This document shows positions 14,022 to 26,835 of a stretch of 64,000 nt of DNA, piece by piece; the stretch's first letter is position 1, and each line of letters begins with the position of its first letter. The notes beneath the pieces were generated by a model, which was given only the letters and a program-made list of their open reading frames with translations, did not search any database and had not been told where the DNA came from. A program made the translations under genes and the position numbers. Origin of the DNA: Camelus dromedarius (Eukaryota); NCBI RefSeq assembly GCF_036321535.1, contig NC_087437.1:64978001-65042000 (forward strand), read 5' to 3'.

Positions 14022-14610
14022 CTGGGGAGGATACGGATTTGTGAGTACTCCTTCCTCAAACCGCATGCATCTATCCAGAAAACTTCTCCCACAAAAACTT
14101 CCAGATTTGAACTTCCCCCAGTAAGTTCAGCTGTCACATTGATTCATGGGATGGTAAAAATGTTAATAGTAATATAAGATGGGGCTCTTAATTGAATATT
14201 TAAATTCATTATATCATATCATCTTCATTACAACCCTGAGATAAGTCCTATTAGTATTATTTTATACATAAAGAAAAATACCATTAGAGAGATGACAATG
14301 CACTTGCTCAAGGTTACACAACAGTTGTGCAGCCAAAATTTGAACATGGGCAGTTTGACTCCACAACCCTTATTTTTCATGTTAAAAAGTATCCTTTGCT
14401 GGATCACGGACACAGGGAACACAGCATAGGGATCCATCCTACCAAGATCCTGGGAGTCAAGCTTACACTCTGTTCAGGATCATGAGGAATCGAAGGCCAA
14501 AAAATATGCAGGTCTTGGCCAGGGTCACATACCTAACTAAGGCAGTGCCAGTATTAAAACTGTTTTCTGAGCAATAGCTCCCCCTCCACTTTCCACTTGC
14601 AAAAACCTAC

Positions 14611-14757
14611 CTGAGAATAAGAGAACTCAAGTCCTGTGACAGAGAACATGACCTCCCCAGCTGTAACAAGGGCATATTGTGGTAGCTGCCATGCAATGGA
14701 CATTTTGTTGGCTGGGATGTATTCCATCTTCCAGGCCTGAGGACCCTGACTGGTGCT
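14611..14757 (-). CDS. SLC15A2: SLC15A2 exon 20 (STSQGPQAWKMEYIPANKMSIAWQLPQY...EFSYSQ)
   Basis: AAG acceptor, GTAGGT donor. Confidence 0.96.
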
Positions 14758-16325
14758 CTTGGTGAAGGAAAGAAGAAATGGGCTTGTTAGCAGTCTCAAG
14801 TAAATATTCCTGGCCTACAGCATTTTATGACCTTATATCTATACCCTCTTTGTATTGTCACCCTTTTGCCACCATCAAGAGATTAAGCAGTTTCTACACA
14901 ATTTCAGTTTCCTGAAATTCATTTTGTAACCCTGCACTCATTTACCTGGCTTCAGTCAATCAGAAACCATTACTGCAGAGTCCTTAAATGGCAGAATATT
15001 TTGATACTGTAGTTTGGATACCCACCATTTTGACCTATTGGGTAGTTTGATCCTGGTAAACATTTTAAATGTAAAACAGCATCTGAATGATACAAACACA
15101 ATGACTTTTCTGAAAGCATGTACTTAAGAAAAGTTTAACTCCTTGTTCAATTTTCTAGCTAAGTACAATTAAACTGTTTCTAACATTTTCTAATTAAATA
15201 TTTATTTTATTAAATTTACTTTTATCAGAATGGATTATTTTCTTGGTAACCCTTACATTGAATATTTTCTTGATCAATTTTAAAAAATCCATATCAAATG
15301 CTACCTGCTATTTTGAATTCTATTTACTGGCCATTATTTTTGAACTCAAATCTTACACATTCAAATTATGTCAAAAAGGTGCAATTTTTCTGTAAAATTT
15401 TGGTCAGAATTTTTTCAAGTTCTCTTTTTTGGTCACTAATGTTACCAAGTATACATGATTCTACAATCTTTTTTTGTCTAAAATTACATTTACTATATGC
15501 AGGCTTTTAGTTATAGTTGGTCTTATTTTATATAGATTATATCTACTAATATTTCTTATTATAAATGGAATTAAATTTTTGAAATTATATATTTTTCCTG
15601 AAGTAAAGCCAAGTTATTAGGTAGTAGGTGTTTCTAGGTATTAGGTATAATATCTGGATATATCATGAGATAAAAGTGGCAGAGTTGAAACATCAGGGTC
15701 AAAAGTCCTTGAAATCAAAAGTCTTTGATGCCCAATGCCCTTGATTCTCTGAGTCAAAGGGCCACTGTGTTCAAAATATGTAAAGCAAAGTTGCTTTAGT
15801 TCATATTGTGAACAATACCTGGGCATATGTTTGGGTTTTCTTAGCCTAAGAGAAGACCATGACCTGAGCTTCTAAACCAGAGCCACATTCTCAAATACCC
15901 ACAAGCAGGTAATTGAGTAAACAAAGTGGGCTGAATAGGAATGAGAGGGACCATGGTGAACTGGACGGTACAGGCCCCATCTAAGGGTGCAGCCACTACA
16001 GCACCAGCCAACTGACATGGTAATACCTGTTACAAAATCTTCTGATTTTGCTTTTAAGAAATGTTTGGAATCCATCTTCTGAGGTGAAATCTTTTGAATT
16101 TTAAATATTGTCAATTAATATTAATAATGACTATTTTGGTCAAGACTGCAGAATGAAGAATACTGGGCTACGTGAGGAACTGGGCCCCCAGGCCTCTAAT
16201 TTACGACCTCTACTCTAGATAACATATTAGATCCTGGCATTCAGAAACAATACATATGGCCTGTTTCTTGAGCAGTATATGAGAGACAGAATAAATAAAA
16301 AATGGAATAACACCAGGAATGCAAG

Positions 16326-16774
16326 TGGTATGGGTTGAGTTGTGTCCCCCTAAAACTCAATGTTGAAGTCCTAATCCCACAGCACCTGAGAATGTGATCT
16401 TATTTGGAACCAGGGCTGCTGAAGATATAATTAGTCAAGTTAAAATGAGGTCATTAGGGTGGGCCCTAATCCAATATGACTGGTGTTCTCACAAGAGAAA
16501 TTTAGACATTGACAAACATACAGGGAGAACTACAAGAGAGAATGAAGGCAGAGATTGGGGTGCCAGAGAAACACCAAATAATTGCCAGAAAACCACTAGA
16601 AGTTAAAGGAAGCTAAATCAAACAGGTTCTTCCTCATAGCTCTCAGAAGGAACCAACTCTACCCACACTTAATCTTGGACTTGTAACCCTTCATGACTAT
16701 AAGAGAATAAATTTCTCTTGTTGAAGCTACTCAGCTTGTGTACTTTGTTACGGCAGCCCTAGAAAACTCATACA
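16326..16774 (+). mobile_element. MLT1-type MaLR solo LTR within an old L1 ORF2 fragment (to about 17000), SLC15A2 intron 19
   Basis: TG.TATGGGTTGA.TTGTGTCCCC...GGGTGGGCCCTAATCCAATATGACTGGTGT...AATAAATTTCT...GCAGCCCTAG.AAACT.ATACA. Confidence 0.85.
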
Positions 16775-17298
16775 TCTAGGTTGGTTTAATATCTGAAAAT
16801 CAATTAATATAATATACCATATCAATAGGAAACCACACTAATATCTCAATAGACACAGAAAAACCACTTGACAAAGTTCAACACCCTCCTTCATGGAAAG
16901 CAAACAAACACCTCAACAAACTAGAAACAGAAGGGAATTTAACCTGATACCTGATAAATGACATCTATGAAAAACCCATAGCTAACATATTTAGTGATAA
17001 AATATGTCTACCATTCCCCAAGACCCCTGTGCCTGTGGCCAATGTGTTCACTTTTAACATCCCACATGGAGACCTTAGTCTAAAGTCACTACAGAACCTA
17101 TCACCTTACACTAGAAATAAGTATGTAATTCTGTCTTGCCACAGAATCTTCTTTGTATCTCAGTATAGATACAGATGCAGATATACATAGACTATAGATA
17201 TAGATACATATATATATGGTATAAATACTGTTGTATAGATATAAATATAAATACAGTTATACGGAAGGAGATGGTGAGGGTAGCCATGAGCTACTTAC

Positions 17299-17395
17299 AT
17301 TAGAGATAACAAACAGATAAGCTGCACCGAAGTCTAGTAGACCCAAATTGAGTGAAAAGTTCTCATCTTTTGTTCTACAGCGCACCGCAGGATAT
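17299..17395 (-). CDS. SLC15A2: SLC15A2 exon 19 (YPAVRCRTKDENFSLNLGLLDFGAAYLFVISN)
   Basis: CAG acceptor, GTAAGT donor. Confidence 0.96.
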
Positions 17396-18100
17396 CTGGA
17401 ACAGGACAAGTTTAGGTTAGAATAAACATTACAATTTAGAAAAGCACTCCCACCTCTGGGGGAAAGAGTGATTTCATCTCTCCACTGATGGTGAATCAAG
17501 CAGAGAAGCTACCATTTCTCTTTGAAGAGAGGAGTCTCAGAGTAAATTATTGTCATGCCAGGTTTTTCTATCCCTGATCTGAGCTCTTCAGTGCCTGGTC
17601 TGGTATTCTTTTTTTAACCTTAAACCTGAATGAAGAAGGCACAAATTGCCTTTTTTTTTTTTTTTTTTTTTTTTGTGAACTTCAGACTTTTAAGTCTTCT
17701 CATCAAAATCTGAATTTTTCTCTTCTAGGTCTTATGAATTAGTGCAACAGCATAAAAAAAAAAAAAAAAAAACAGTGAACCTGAAAGGATAAGCTCGAAG
17801 TGATGAGGTGCCAGTAGGAGTTCCCAAAGGGCAGGGGAGGGAGCCAAAATAAATTTGGCAGACCTCCCAGAGGTGGCCTTGTTAACCATACAGTATGGCC
17901 TTCACGGCAGTCATGGCCTCAATGTATTGGCGCCGAAAAAGGTGAGACTGAGGGAAAGGGGCAAGGGTTGAGAAAGAGCAGGAGACTGTAATGTTCAAAA
18001 TTAGCTGAGATGTACCCAATCCTCCCACCCATATGCAAAAAAAGCACTTAGAAAACAGTTGTTGCTAAAAGTAAAATGTCCACAAGGGTAATGCTCTTAC

Positions 18101-18211
18101 TCTCCTCTTCGCACAGTCCTGTAAGCAGACACGCCGTAGTCTTCATCAACACTAAGGAAGGTGTCTGTACTGAGGGAGATGTTGACCTCTTCATGCAAAG
18201 TGTTAACAAAC
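18101..18211 (-). CDS. SLC15A2: SLC15A2 exon 18 (FVNTLHEEVNISLSTDTFLSVDEDYGVSAYRTVRRG)
   Basis: TAG acceptor, GTAAG donor. Confidence 0.96.
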
Positions 18212-19751
18212 CTAAGTGTGGAGACATTGTTACAGATCAGACAAACTCCCCCAAGCAGGGACATGTGGTAAAAGGGCAGGGGCCTTTTTTGTTTTGTTTA
18301 CCACTGTATCTCTAGTGCCTAGAACAATGGCTGGCACATAAAAGGTACATGATATATATTGTTAACTGGGTGAATAAATGAACTCACACATAAGAAGTAA
18401 TCAGTAGTCTTAGCTGTCCCTCACATTCTCTTTCCTTGGGTATTAGCTTTTTATCTGTCATATTCTCACCTGATCTCAAGCTGGGATGGACACTACCATG
18501 ATCACCCACGGCAGTCTGAGTACCCTCACTAACCCATCTTAGGTGCACCCAATTTCTCTCCCTCTTATAATAGTGGAATTCATCAACTGAGACCCTACTA
18601 AGAAAAATAATTAGGTGTATATAAATGTATACTGGTATTTACATAAAATTGATACTTTATTCTCTTACAAATGAAGTCTGATTTGACTTTCACAAAACTC
18701 AGACTCTCAGGCCACAGTAGGTTGAGTTATCATTGTTTGGCGTCTGCAGACAACCCTGGACTCTTCCAGAATCATCTTTCTAGTTTTTGAACCTGTGCCC
18801 CTAAATTGCTTCCTCAGTTTGGGTTTTTGGTAGCATTTGCCTTGGTCCCTGACCCATGTGGATTAGAAGGGCAGTTCCCTCTGGAATCCTTGATATTGAT
18901 TCCTGGATTTCTGATCACCCTGCACTAACCTAGAAATTGCCCCCTTTCATCCCTCTGGAGGTTCCTATTGCTCTCTGACCCAGGGAAGTCCTGTCCTCAT
19001 TGTTGTCTTACTTCTTTTGATTTGTATACTTTTTCTGAAGCATATTCAATAGCAAATGATTATGACTATTCCACCCATCAGTGAAATTCTAATTTTTCAT
19101 TTAAAGTTCTCTAAAATACTATTCTCAACAGCAACCATCTAACCTTGATGGCCACAGGCACATGCATCTATTTCATGTCAGATTCTTGCCACAGAGAGCA
19201 GGTGACCTCTCAGGGCTCCATCTCTCCAACTGTTCCAGGCTGTCTAACGAGACCTTTAGCCTTATCTAGATTCAAAAACAAATCTTTTGACTCCAAGTAT
19301 GTTATCTTTACTATAGCATGATGCCTCTATAGGTTTATTTTAAGTTTTAAAAACATGGTAACTATACAAGATATTGAACTACCAACAATGAAGGGACGAA
19401 TATTTGCTCACTTCTGAATTTCTCTCTGGTGATCACAGAGAAGAAAGTACTCAATTATTTTCCTGACAGCAAGATGAGCAGATAAAATTCAGCAGAAGGG
19501 ATTTAAATACCAGAGCACAGGGGGCATACATAGATACAGGGTCATCTTTGAATATCAGATGAGAAAGCAAGCCTATTTGCCCCTCACAGTCCTGAAATGG
19601 CTTCTGACACCAATGCCCCTAACATTCTAGGAGAGAGAATCCCTGCACAAAACAAGTAGAATGTAAGGCCTCTTCATGTGAAGCCACACAGATTAGAAGA
19701 GACCCAAGATTCAAGAGAACAGAGTGGTCTGGGTCTCCTTGACATCCGAAC

Positions 19752-19798
19752 CTCACAGCTGTCATCCCACTGGTTGTTTGGTTTTCTGCATCCTTCAC
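19752..19798 (-). CDS. SLC15A2: SLC15A2 exon 17 (VKDAENQTTSGMTAV)
   Basis: TAG acceptor, weaker GTTCGG donor; 47 nt restores the phase. Confidence 0.93.
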
Positions 19799-19950
19799 CT
19801 ACAAGAGAGGGAAGTAAAAATCAGTTACAGCTGAAAGAGGGAACTGATAATCAGAAAATCTGATAATCAGGCACATCCTTGGTAAGATATTAATCAGCCA
19901 GTCATCATACTCTTAAGATAATTTGGACACTAGGCCATTCTTCAACTTAC

Positions 19951-20115
19951 CATCATGCTAGAAATATTTTTTCCATCTTCTCGAATGATCAGACTGTACC
20001 ATTTTTTCTCCTCCACGGAATGCTCAGTGTAGACAGACAAATTTTGATATTTCAGTTGGAAGTGGAAATTCTGGCTTTTTGTCTTCAGGTGGAGTTTGGA
20101 ATAGTGTGGCATTTT
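19951..20115 (-). CDS. SLC15A2: SLC15A2 exon 16 (KMPHYSKLHLKTKSQNFHF...EDGKNISSMM)
   Basis: CAG acceptor, GTAAGT donor. Confidence 0.96.
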
Positions 20116-21058
20116 CTGTAGAATGAAGAACCTGTCACACTCAACTTCTACCCTATCTTGGACATCACAATCTCATAGCATCCCAGGGCAGGTGCCCTCA
20201 TCAGATACTTTCACCATTACCCTTTAACTTAGTAATTCTATTTCTAGGACTATACCCTAAGAGTAATTAGAAGCTTGTATGAAGATTTATGAGTAAGGAT
20301 GTTCATTATAGAATTATGTATAATAATAAAAAAAACCTTAAATACCTACAAGGAAATATTTTACTAAACCGTGGTATATCCACAGAATGTAATATTTTGT
20401 ATCCATTAAAATTAGGTTCTCAAAATTTATTTAAGGACATGGAAAAATGTTTATAATGCAATTAATGTTAAGAAAGAAATCAAGGTCGATACAGCATACA
20501 GTCAGCACTTTAAAAAAATTAGTTTATTTACGTATTTATACAAAAATGTGAACTATGGTTATCTCTGGGTGATGGAGTTATAAGTGGTTTTTAAATCTTT
20601 CTACATACTCCCCAATTTTCACAATAAATGTATATTACTTTTATTATTTAAAAATATTTTAAAATAAATATTTCAGAATATGTATAGCATAGTAGTGAAA
20701 ATATACAAGCCAAATTCTTCCAGAGGATGTGTGATTAGGAGGCAGTTTGAAATATTAATACACATTACAACCTATTGATAGCTTATAATGTCCCAGATAC
20801 TATGCTAAGCACTTTACATATAATATTTATCTTTACAGAAGCTTATGACATAAAAATTATTGCCATTATACAGATGCTAAAACTGAAGACTAGAGATAAA
20901 AATAACTTGTTCAGGGTCCTATAGCTAAGGAGTGGTAGAACCAGAATTGGCGTGGGGAAGTCTGACTCCACAACAGCATGCTTTTAACTGCAGTATTACA
21001 CTGCCACCTTGGTGCATAATCTGAATGTGTTTCTAATTCATTCAAGTCCATACATCAC

Positions 21059-21193
21059 CTGAAAGGGTCTGATGGACTCTGCTGACAGAGAATTGTTTTT
21101 ATCTCCCAGCACTGTCACCTTCACCTCATCATCTGCCAGATTCAAGACTTGTAGGAACATCTCTTGGGAATCTGGCTGGAGTGGGGCCATTTC
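21059..21193 (-). CDS. SLC15A2: SLC15A2 exon 15 (EMAPLQPDSQEMFLQVLNLADDEV...SIRPFQ)
   Basis: AAG acceptor, GTGATG donor; start of the large extracellular domain. Confidence 0.95.
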
Positions 21194-21770
21194 CTTAGGA
21201 CAGAGAACACATGTCAGAATTACCAATAAATAACCCTTCAGATACAATGAGAACACATACCTCAGTCCTACCTTGACAGCCTAGCTCATCTAATCAGGAG
21301 GACACAGTTTTCTACCTCTAACGAGCTTTTGGCTTAGAAAACTGTAAAGGCAATTTGGAGGGGGAATCACCAGCTTAATGTAGCAGGCACTGATGTCAGG
21401 TAACAAACTCCATGATTTTTGACTCAACTGTGGCCTCATACATCATTCCCCAATAGCAGCAATTCAATAAGCCAAAAGGTATTTGTTTCAGTATCTCATA
21501 AGGTAATAAAGAGACGGTTATATATCTTGGATATTGGTGTTTTGGAAATTCCTTGACAATATATTCTGAATCACTCAGGTGGGAGGTGGGCCTCATTTTG
21601 CACTGCTGCTCTACCCCTGTATCCACTCATTTGCCTCAAATACTTCTCATGCACCTTCTTTAAAACAGGTACTGTGCTAGGGCTCAGGGAATCAAGATTG
21701 AATAAGTCAGAAGAGTGAACAAAATAGACATGGTCCTGCTCTCATGAAGCTTAAGATTTACTGAACTCAC

Positions 21771-21852
21771 ATTAATTTTTATCTCTACAGCTGCAGCAAC
21801 TGCAAATGCCAGGCACGCTAGGATCATGCCAACAGCCATTTTCCTAAGCGAT
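21771..21852 (-). CDS. SLC15A2: SLC15A2 exon 14 (SLRKMAVGMILACLAFAVAAAVEIKIN)
   Basis: CAG acceptor, GTGAGT donor. Confidence 0.97.
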
Positions 21853-22987
21853 CTGTAGAGGAAAGGGAGAGACAATTAAATCTAAATTCTAGACTCTAAA
21901 AGATACAATCTAAACCCCCTAAGCCTACCTAATTTGGTCCCAATTGCTTTTCAAAGTATTTCCTAGAACTCCCCTTCACACATTCTTCCTTCTACCCCTA
22001 CTTAAGTCACATTGTACTGTTCTCTGTAATACACTACATTTTCCCACCTCTACCTTTGTTTATGATGATTTTTCTATCCATTATGTCATAATAACAAAAA
22101 TAATAGTAATATACCCAGATTTATTAAACACTAGCATATACCAGTCACTCTATATTATTATCTTCTTTTCCTAGTCTTCAGAAGCCTTTCTTGAGCCTGG
22201 CCGCAGGGAGCACTCTCTTCCATCTCTACATTTCCTTGGCACTTTGCCCCCCTTCTTAGGGCACTTAACATATTTCACCTTGTGCAATAATTAACTGCAT
22301 ATTTTCCAGCTCCCTTCCTAAAGAGTAAACTCCTTAAGAGCAAGATTTGTGCTCTTACATCTGCATAGCACTTGGTGCTGGATTAAAAAAATCTGCTCCA
22401 TGAATGAGTGAATGACAAAAGGTCATTTGAATATGACAATGGTTAGCAAAAGGAAATTGTTATTAAATCAGAAATTAGGAGACTTAAGACCCTCCTCTGT
22501 CAAACTTCACAAAGAATAACACTTCTCTATTTAGAATGAGGGAAAGCAGTAATTAGGGACAATTCTATCCCACTCTTAAGAGGTCCTCCATTTGTTTCAT
22601 AGGGACAATAGGAGATTTAATGGAATTAGTTATCATCAATGGCTTTAGACTTTGAAGAGGCAACATTCAAGAACAAAGTAACAAGTTGGTTTCAGAGCCT
22701 AATCTCACATAATGTTGACTTTCCACCAAGCTTAGTCTTGGTCCTAACCCTTCAACATCATGCAGGTAAGTCTGCAGTAATGGCTCGGGCTCTCTATAAT
22801 AAGAATTAATTAGATTCAATTCCCATCCTCCACCATTAATAGGCATTTAAACTTACATGGATAATAAGAAGCAGAAAAAATGATAAACCCAAACAAATCA
22901 TCATTAAGTAGAAAAGACATTGAATCTTTATCAAACTGGGCAAGTATTGAGTCAGTTTGGAGAAACACAGACATAGTGAACACTTAC

Positions 22988-23076
22988 GTGAAATTAATTC
23001 CACACTTGGAAACCAGACGATAAATGACAAGGTCAAACAATGGGATGAAGATAAGAACCAGAAAGGGATTTAGTAC
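22988..23076 (-). CDS. SLC15A2: SLC15A2 exon 13 (VLNPFLVLIFIPLFDLVIYRLVSKCGINFT)
   Basis: CAG acceptor, GTAAGT donor. Confidence 0.96.
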
Positions 23077-23790
23077 CTGTAATGTCACAGTGAAAAGGGA
23101 TTAGTCACAAGCTTTCTATGAGCGTGAATATGCGCTCTCATTTGCACGCGCACACTCTCACATCCAAACACACTTTCATCATACTAAGCACAGAAAGATT
23201 CCACGTCTCTCAATCCCTTTACACCCAAGACTGTTTCCCTTGCATAGCACATTAGCTTCCAAATATTCCAAGGAACTAGTTTCACTCTGAACCTGTTTTT
23301 CTGCCAATCAGTTGGGAGTTCTCCCCTTCCATTTTCACTTATCTTCTCCAGTTCCACAGCTCAGGGGAAAATGTCATGGCCAGGAGAAAGGAAGGAGAGA
23401 AGGAAGAACTGGGCACTGTTGAATAAGGGGTTAAAAAAATAACTGGGAGTCACCAACAAACAGAGATTCCCACTTTGCTGCTCACACAACAAAGTCTTAC
23501 AATTTCTTTGACAATATTTCCATGATACTTAACATGGGGGGGGGGGGGAATCCAGTGCTTATACTCTTCCTGTGAGCTCAAAACTCAGTCTCCCTGAAGT
23601 TGGGCAGGATGTAACAGAGGATGTAAAAGAGAACTGTGGAGGTTAAAGAGAATATTTTCATCCATATGTTTACCCCTTCTCAGCATACAAGGGAAAAAAC
23701 TTCAAATTATGGCTAGTAATCCTATTACTACTGGTAGAGGTATAGATGAGGAAAGAAACACGTCCCAGTGACTATGCACAAGTCTCCTAC

Positions 23791-23823
23791 CTGCATCTGG
23801 TCAGGCTGAAGCACAAAGAAACC
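23791..23823 (-). CDS. SLC15A2: SLC15A2 exon 12 (GFFVLQPDQMQ)
   Basis: 33-nt exon, CAG acceptor, GTAGG donor. Confidence 0.95.
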
Positions 23824-24662
23824 CTGAAATGTTACAACAAATCACAGTTAGATGGTGGCCTGAAGACAGAAAGGGCCTAGATCAACAATCTTGCTAATTA
23901 GCTGGTGAAAGGCATAGGATAAAATCCATCAGATCTTTGCTTCAGGGCCTATTGCCCTTGTAAGGATACGTGGGGAAACAGACTGGGAATAGTTTAAGGC
24001 TATGTTTGCTGAAGGCAGATGGGCCTAAGGGAGAATCTTATTTTTTGTGAACCATCCTTTCCTCAACTTGAGAGAAAATAGAGTCAGTGTGTTTTTATTA
24101 ATCACAGTAACTGCAGTCATAGGTGATAATGATGTGAAGGACAAGACATCATGGCTGGGGGAAGACTCCCACTGACACATATTGTTTCTGAAGTTTTTCT
24201 CCAGGGGGTCAAAAAGAGGACAACCATGGTAAATCCTGGACAACCAGAGGAAGGGAAAAGGTGAAATTATATTAGGCAAGCTCCAAATAGATGGTTTATA
24301 AAACCCTGGCATCATTCCACCCTCCCTCCTCACAAATAGTAGGAAAACAATACAGTAATCTAGGAAGTGGAACAACTGAGGGCAGACTTTGCCAAAGAAT
24401 GGAAATTGGAAAAAGAGAAAATAATGTTCACAATTTTCTCGTTATTTCCAAATCCATGTACAAAATATCCCACTTCCGGTCCTCTGCCGTGAGCCCTGCC
24501 TGAGAGATGGGGACAATTGTGTAGGAGCAGCAATCAAACCTGTCCCTGCTGTGCCCTGGTCAGGTTTAGATGAAAGAAAACAACCACTCCCCCAGGTCTC
24601 TATCACTTCATTTGCTATCCTCTCAAGGCTTCCTTGTATATGTTTAAATCTCCCCCCACCTT

Positions 24663-24795
24663 GGGGGTGGGTATAGCTCAGTGGTACAGCCCATGCCTAG
24701 CATGGGCGAGGTCCTGGGTTCAATCCCCAGTTCAGTTCCCTGTTTAAAAAAATAAATAAACAAATAAAATCTAATTAACTTATCCTACAAATGAA
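24663..24795 (+). mobile_element. tRNA-derived SINE (camelid type)
   Basis: GGGTATAGCTCAGTGGTA (A box), GGTTCAATCC (B box), A-rich tail, imperfect TSD TAAATCT..CCCACC. Confidence 0.85.
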
Positions 24796-25015
24796 TAAAT
24801 CTTTCCCACCCTATGTTCCTGATTTTTAAAGATAAGATTCTGGCTTTTATTTCTAGACTAGCTTTCTTTACTTTGCTTACTCAGTACTTTCATGCTAATG
24901 GCATCTCTCTTATGACCTTATGTCAGTTTTCAGGTGATAACACAAAGAAGTTTTTTCTTAATATGGATTATAAAGAAAATGATAGAACTTCTCTGGAAAA
25001 ATCTCTTCTACTCAC

Positions 25016-25060
25016 CAAATTCCCATTCATCCTGGTGGCTTGCAGAGTCCACCGTGAGCC
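25016..25060 (-). CDS. SLC15A2: SLC15A2 exon 11 (GSRWTLQATRMNGNL)
   Basis: TAG acceptor, GTGAGT donor; preceded by a 92-nt intron. Confidence 0.96.
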
Positions 25061-25152
25061 CTAGGGCAAACAGACGCTATTATGAGAAAACTCTTTCCTG
25101 TAAGAGGGAAGGAGTTAGAGGAAGGGGTAGCTTTCAAAAGAACTATTCTTAC

Positions 25153-25242
25153 CTGCTGATCCAAAAGAGCCCAGAACATAGGCAGTGGGATATAAAGGAA
25201 TAGTACCCTGGTCAGTGCCTTCACATCCAAAATGAGCTGCTT
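25153..25242 (-). CDS. SLC15A2: SLC15A2 exon 10 (KQLILDVKALTRVLFLYIPLPMFWALLDQQ)
   Basis: TAG acceptor, GTAAG donor. Confidence 0.97.
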
Positions 25243-25406
25243 CTACAAGAAGAGGGAAGATGGAACAGGTTGAATTGCCAGATAGGGTTTTCTTGCTTAG
25301 AGTAGAAGTGGCCCAGAACAGTAAAAGAATATAGCAGGAGGGAATCAGTTTGGACATTAGGAAAGATTCCATGGAGGCATCAGATGTTTCTGCAGTTCCA
25401 ACTTAC

Positions 25407-25493
25407 TGGGTATTTCTCAGCTGCCCAGTCCAGCCAATGCTCTCGCTTTGGAACGTCCCCAGAACGATTCTTGAAACGGTTGGAAATAGCAAA
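25407..25493 (-). CDS. SLC15A2: SLC15A2 exon 9 (FAISNRFKNRSGDVPKREHWLDWAAEKYP)
   Basis: TAG acceptor, GTAAGT donor. Confidence 0.96.
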
Positions 25494-25914
25494 CTAGGGC
25501 AGAGCATAGATATCAGAGGAGAGACACAAAAAAATATCCCCTGCCTTTTCTAATTTATTATCCCTCCCTCAAACACACATACTCTGACTTGCTCCAATCC
25601 TTTGATTTCATCAGACATTGAATTTCAGAATATTTCAAATATAATTTTATCTATCCTTATTTTCTATTGGCAACATATATAACTACATTTCAGAAGACTT
25701 TTGCCAATTAAAAAAATAGTTACCTTATCTTTTTAAGTTAGTGGTTAAGTAGAGGCACATGGGGTAAGACCAGTTAATCTGTTTTCCAAAAGGCACAGAA
25801 GTAGAACAGAGATCATTGAGAAAGGTGTATATCCATGTTTGAAGGCCTATATGCTCATCACACCATCTCTTTCCCTTTGATTGAGAAAGGTAGGTAAATG
25901 ATTCATGGACTTAC

Positions 25915-25997
25915 CCAGATACATTTAACAACTTGAGTCACTATGTTTCCTTCAGGAGGTGGTTTTTTGTATATTTTGCTTCCCACGGCAAACACAA
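25915..25997 (-). CDS. SLC15A2: SLC15A2 exon 8 (VFAVGSKIYKKPPPEGNIVTQVVKCIW)
   Basis: CAG acceptor, GTAAGT donor. Confidence 0.96.
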
Positions 25998-26734
25998 CTG
26001 CAGTTGATACACAAACAAGGATCTTAGCTTCTCATTCAGCACATTCAGTATGTCAATGCTAAAGACAGACTGCTGAAGTGTAGGAATGACTGGAAAATCT
26101 CATAAAGGGAGGAAACTGACTTACGTTCCCTGACTTTGGAGTTACAAAACTATGGGAGCCAAGAGAACAGTAACATTGTTGAGATTCTCTTATAATCACA
26201 GAAACGGAAGTCATCTCTGAATTCTCACTCTTCTTTCTCCATCTCTACATCTGATATATTACCAGCTTTCACTGATCCTCTGTCTTCAGTGTATTTCCCT
26301 TCTACCCGCTTTTTTGCATCACCATGACTCCTGTTTAGGACCTCACAATTTCCACCCTACATTATCAAAAGGGCCATCAACTACTTTCTCATTCCCTAGT
26401 GTCTTCTCCTTCTCTCATCTGATGCCAAATTAAAATCTTTTTTCTAGGACCTACTTAATAAGCCCAAACTCCTGGCATGGAAAGCCTTCCCAAGTTTATT
26501 ATTATCCTGTGGTTATTGTTAACACTAACCATCTCTTGAAGGTTTATTATATATGTAAAGTGTTATGCATTTTACATACAGTACTGATTTAACCTGACAA
26601 AATGTGTATTACTGTCTCCATTCTATACATGAAAAAATCTAAGATTAAAGAAACTAAGTAATTTGTACAAGATTTCACAGCTAGAAACTACATTTTTGAC
26701 CTGAGGCCAGTCTGAGTCAAAAATCGATGCTCTT

Positions 26735-26835
26735 TGCGGGGCGGGGGGGTGGGGAGGGGAGTATAGCTCAGTGGTAGAGTGTATACTTAGCATGCACAAG
26801 GCCCTGGGTTCAATCTCCAGTACCTCCAGTTAAAA
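26735..26835 (+). mobile_element. tRNA-derived SINE (camelid type)
   Basis: A and B boxes, poly-A, TSD AAAAATCGATGCTCTT / AAAAATCTACGCTCTT. Confidence 0.85.
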
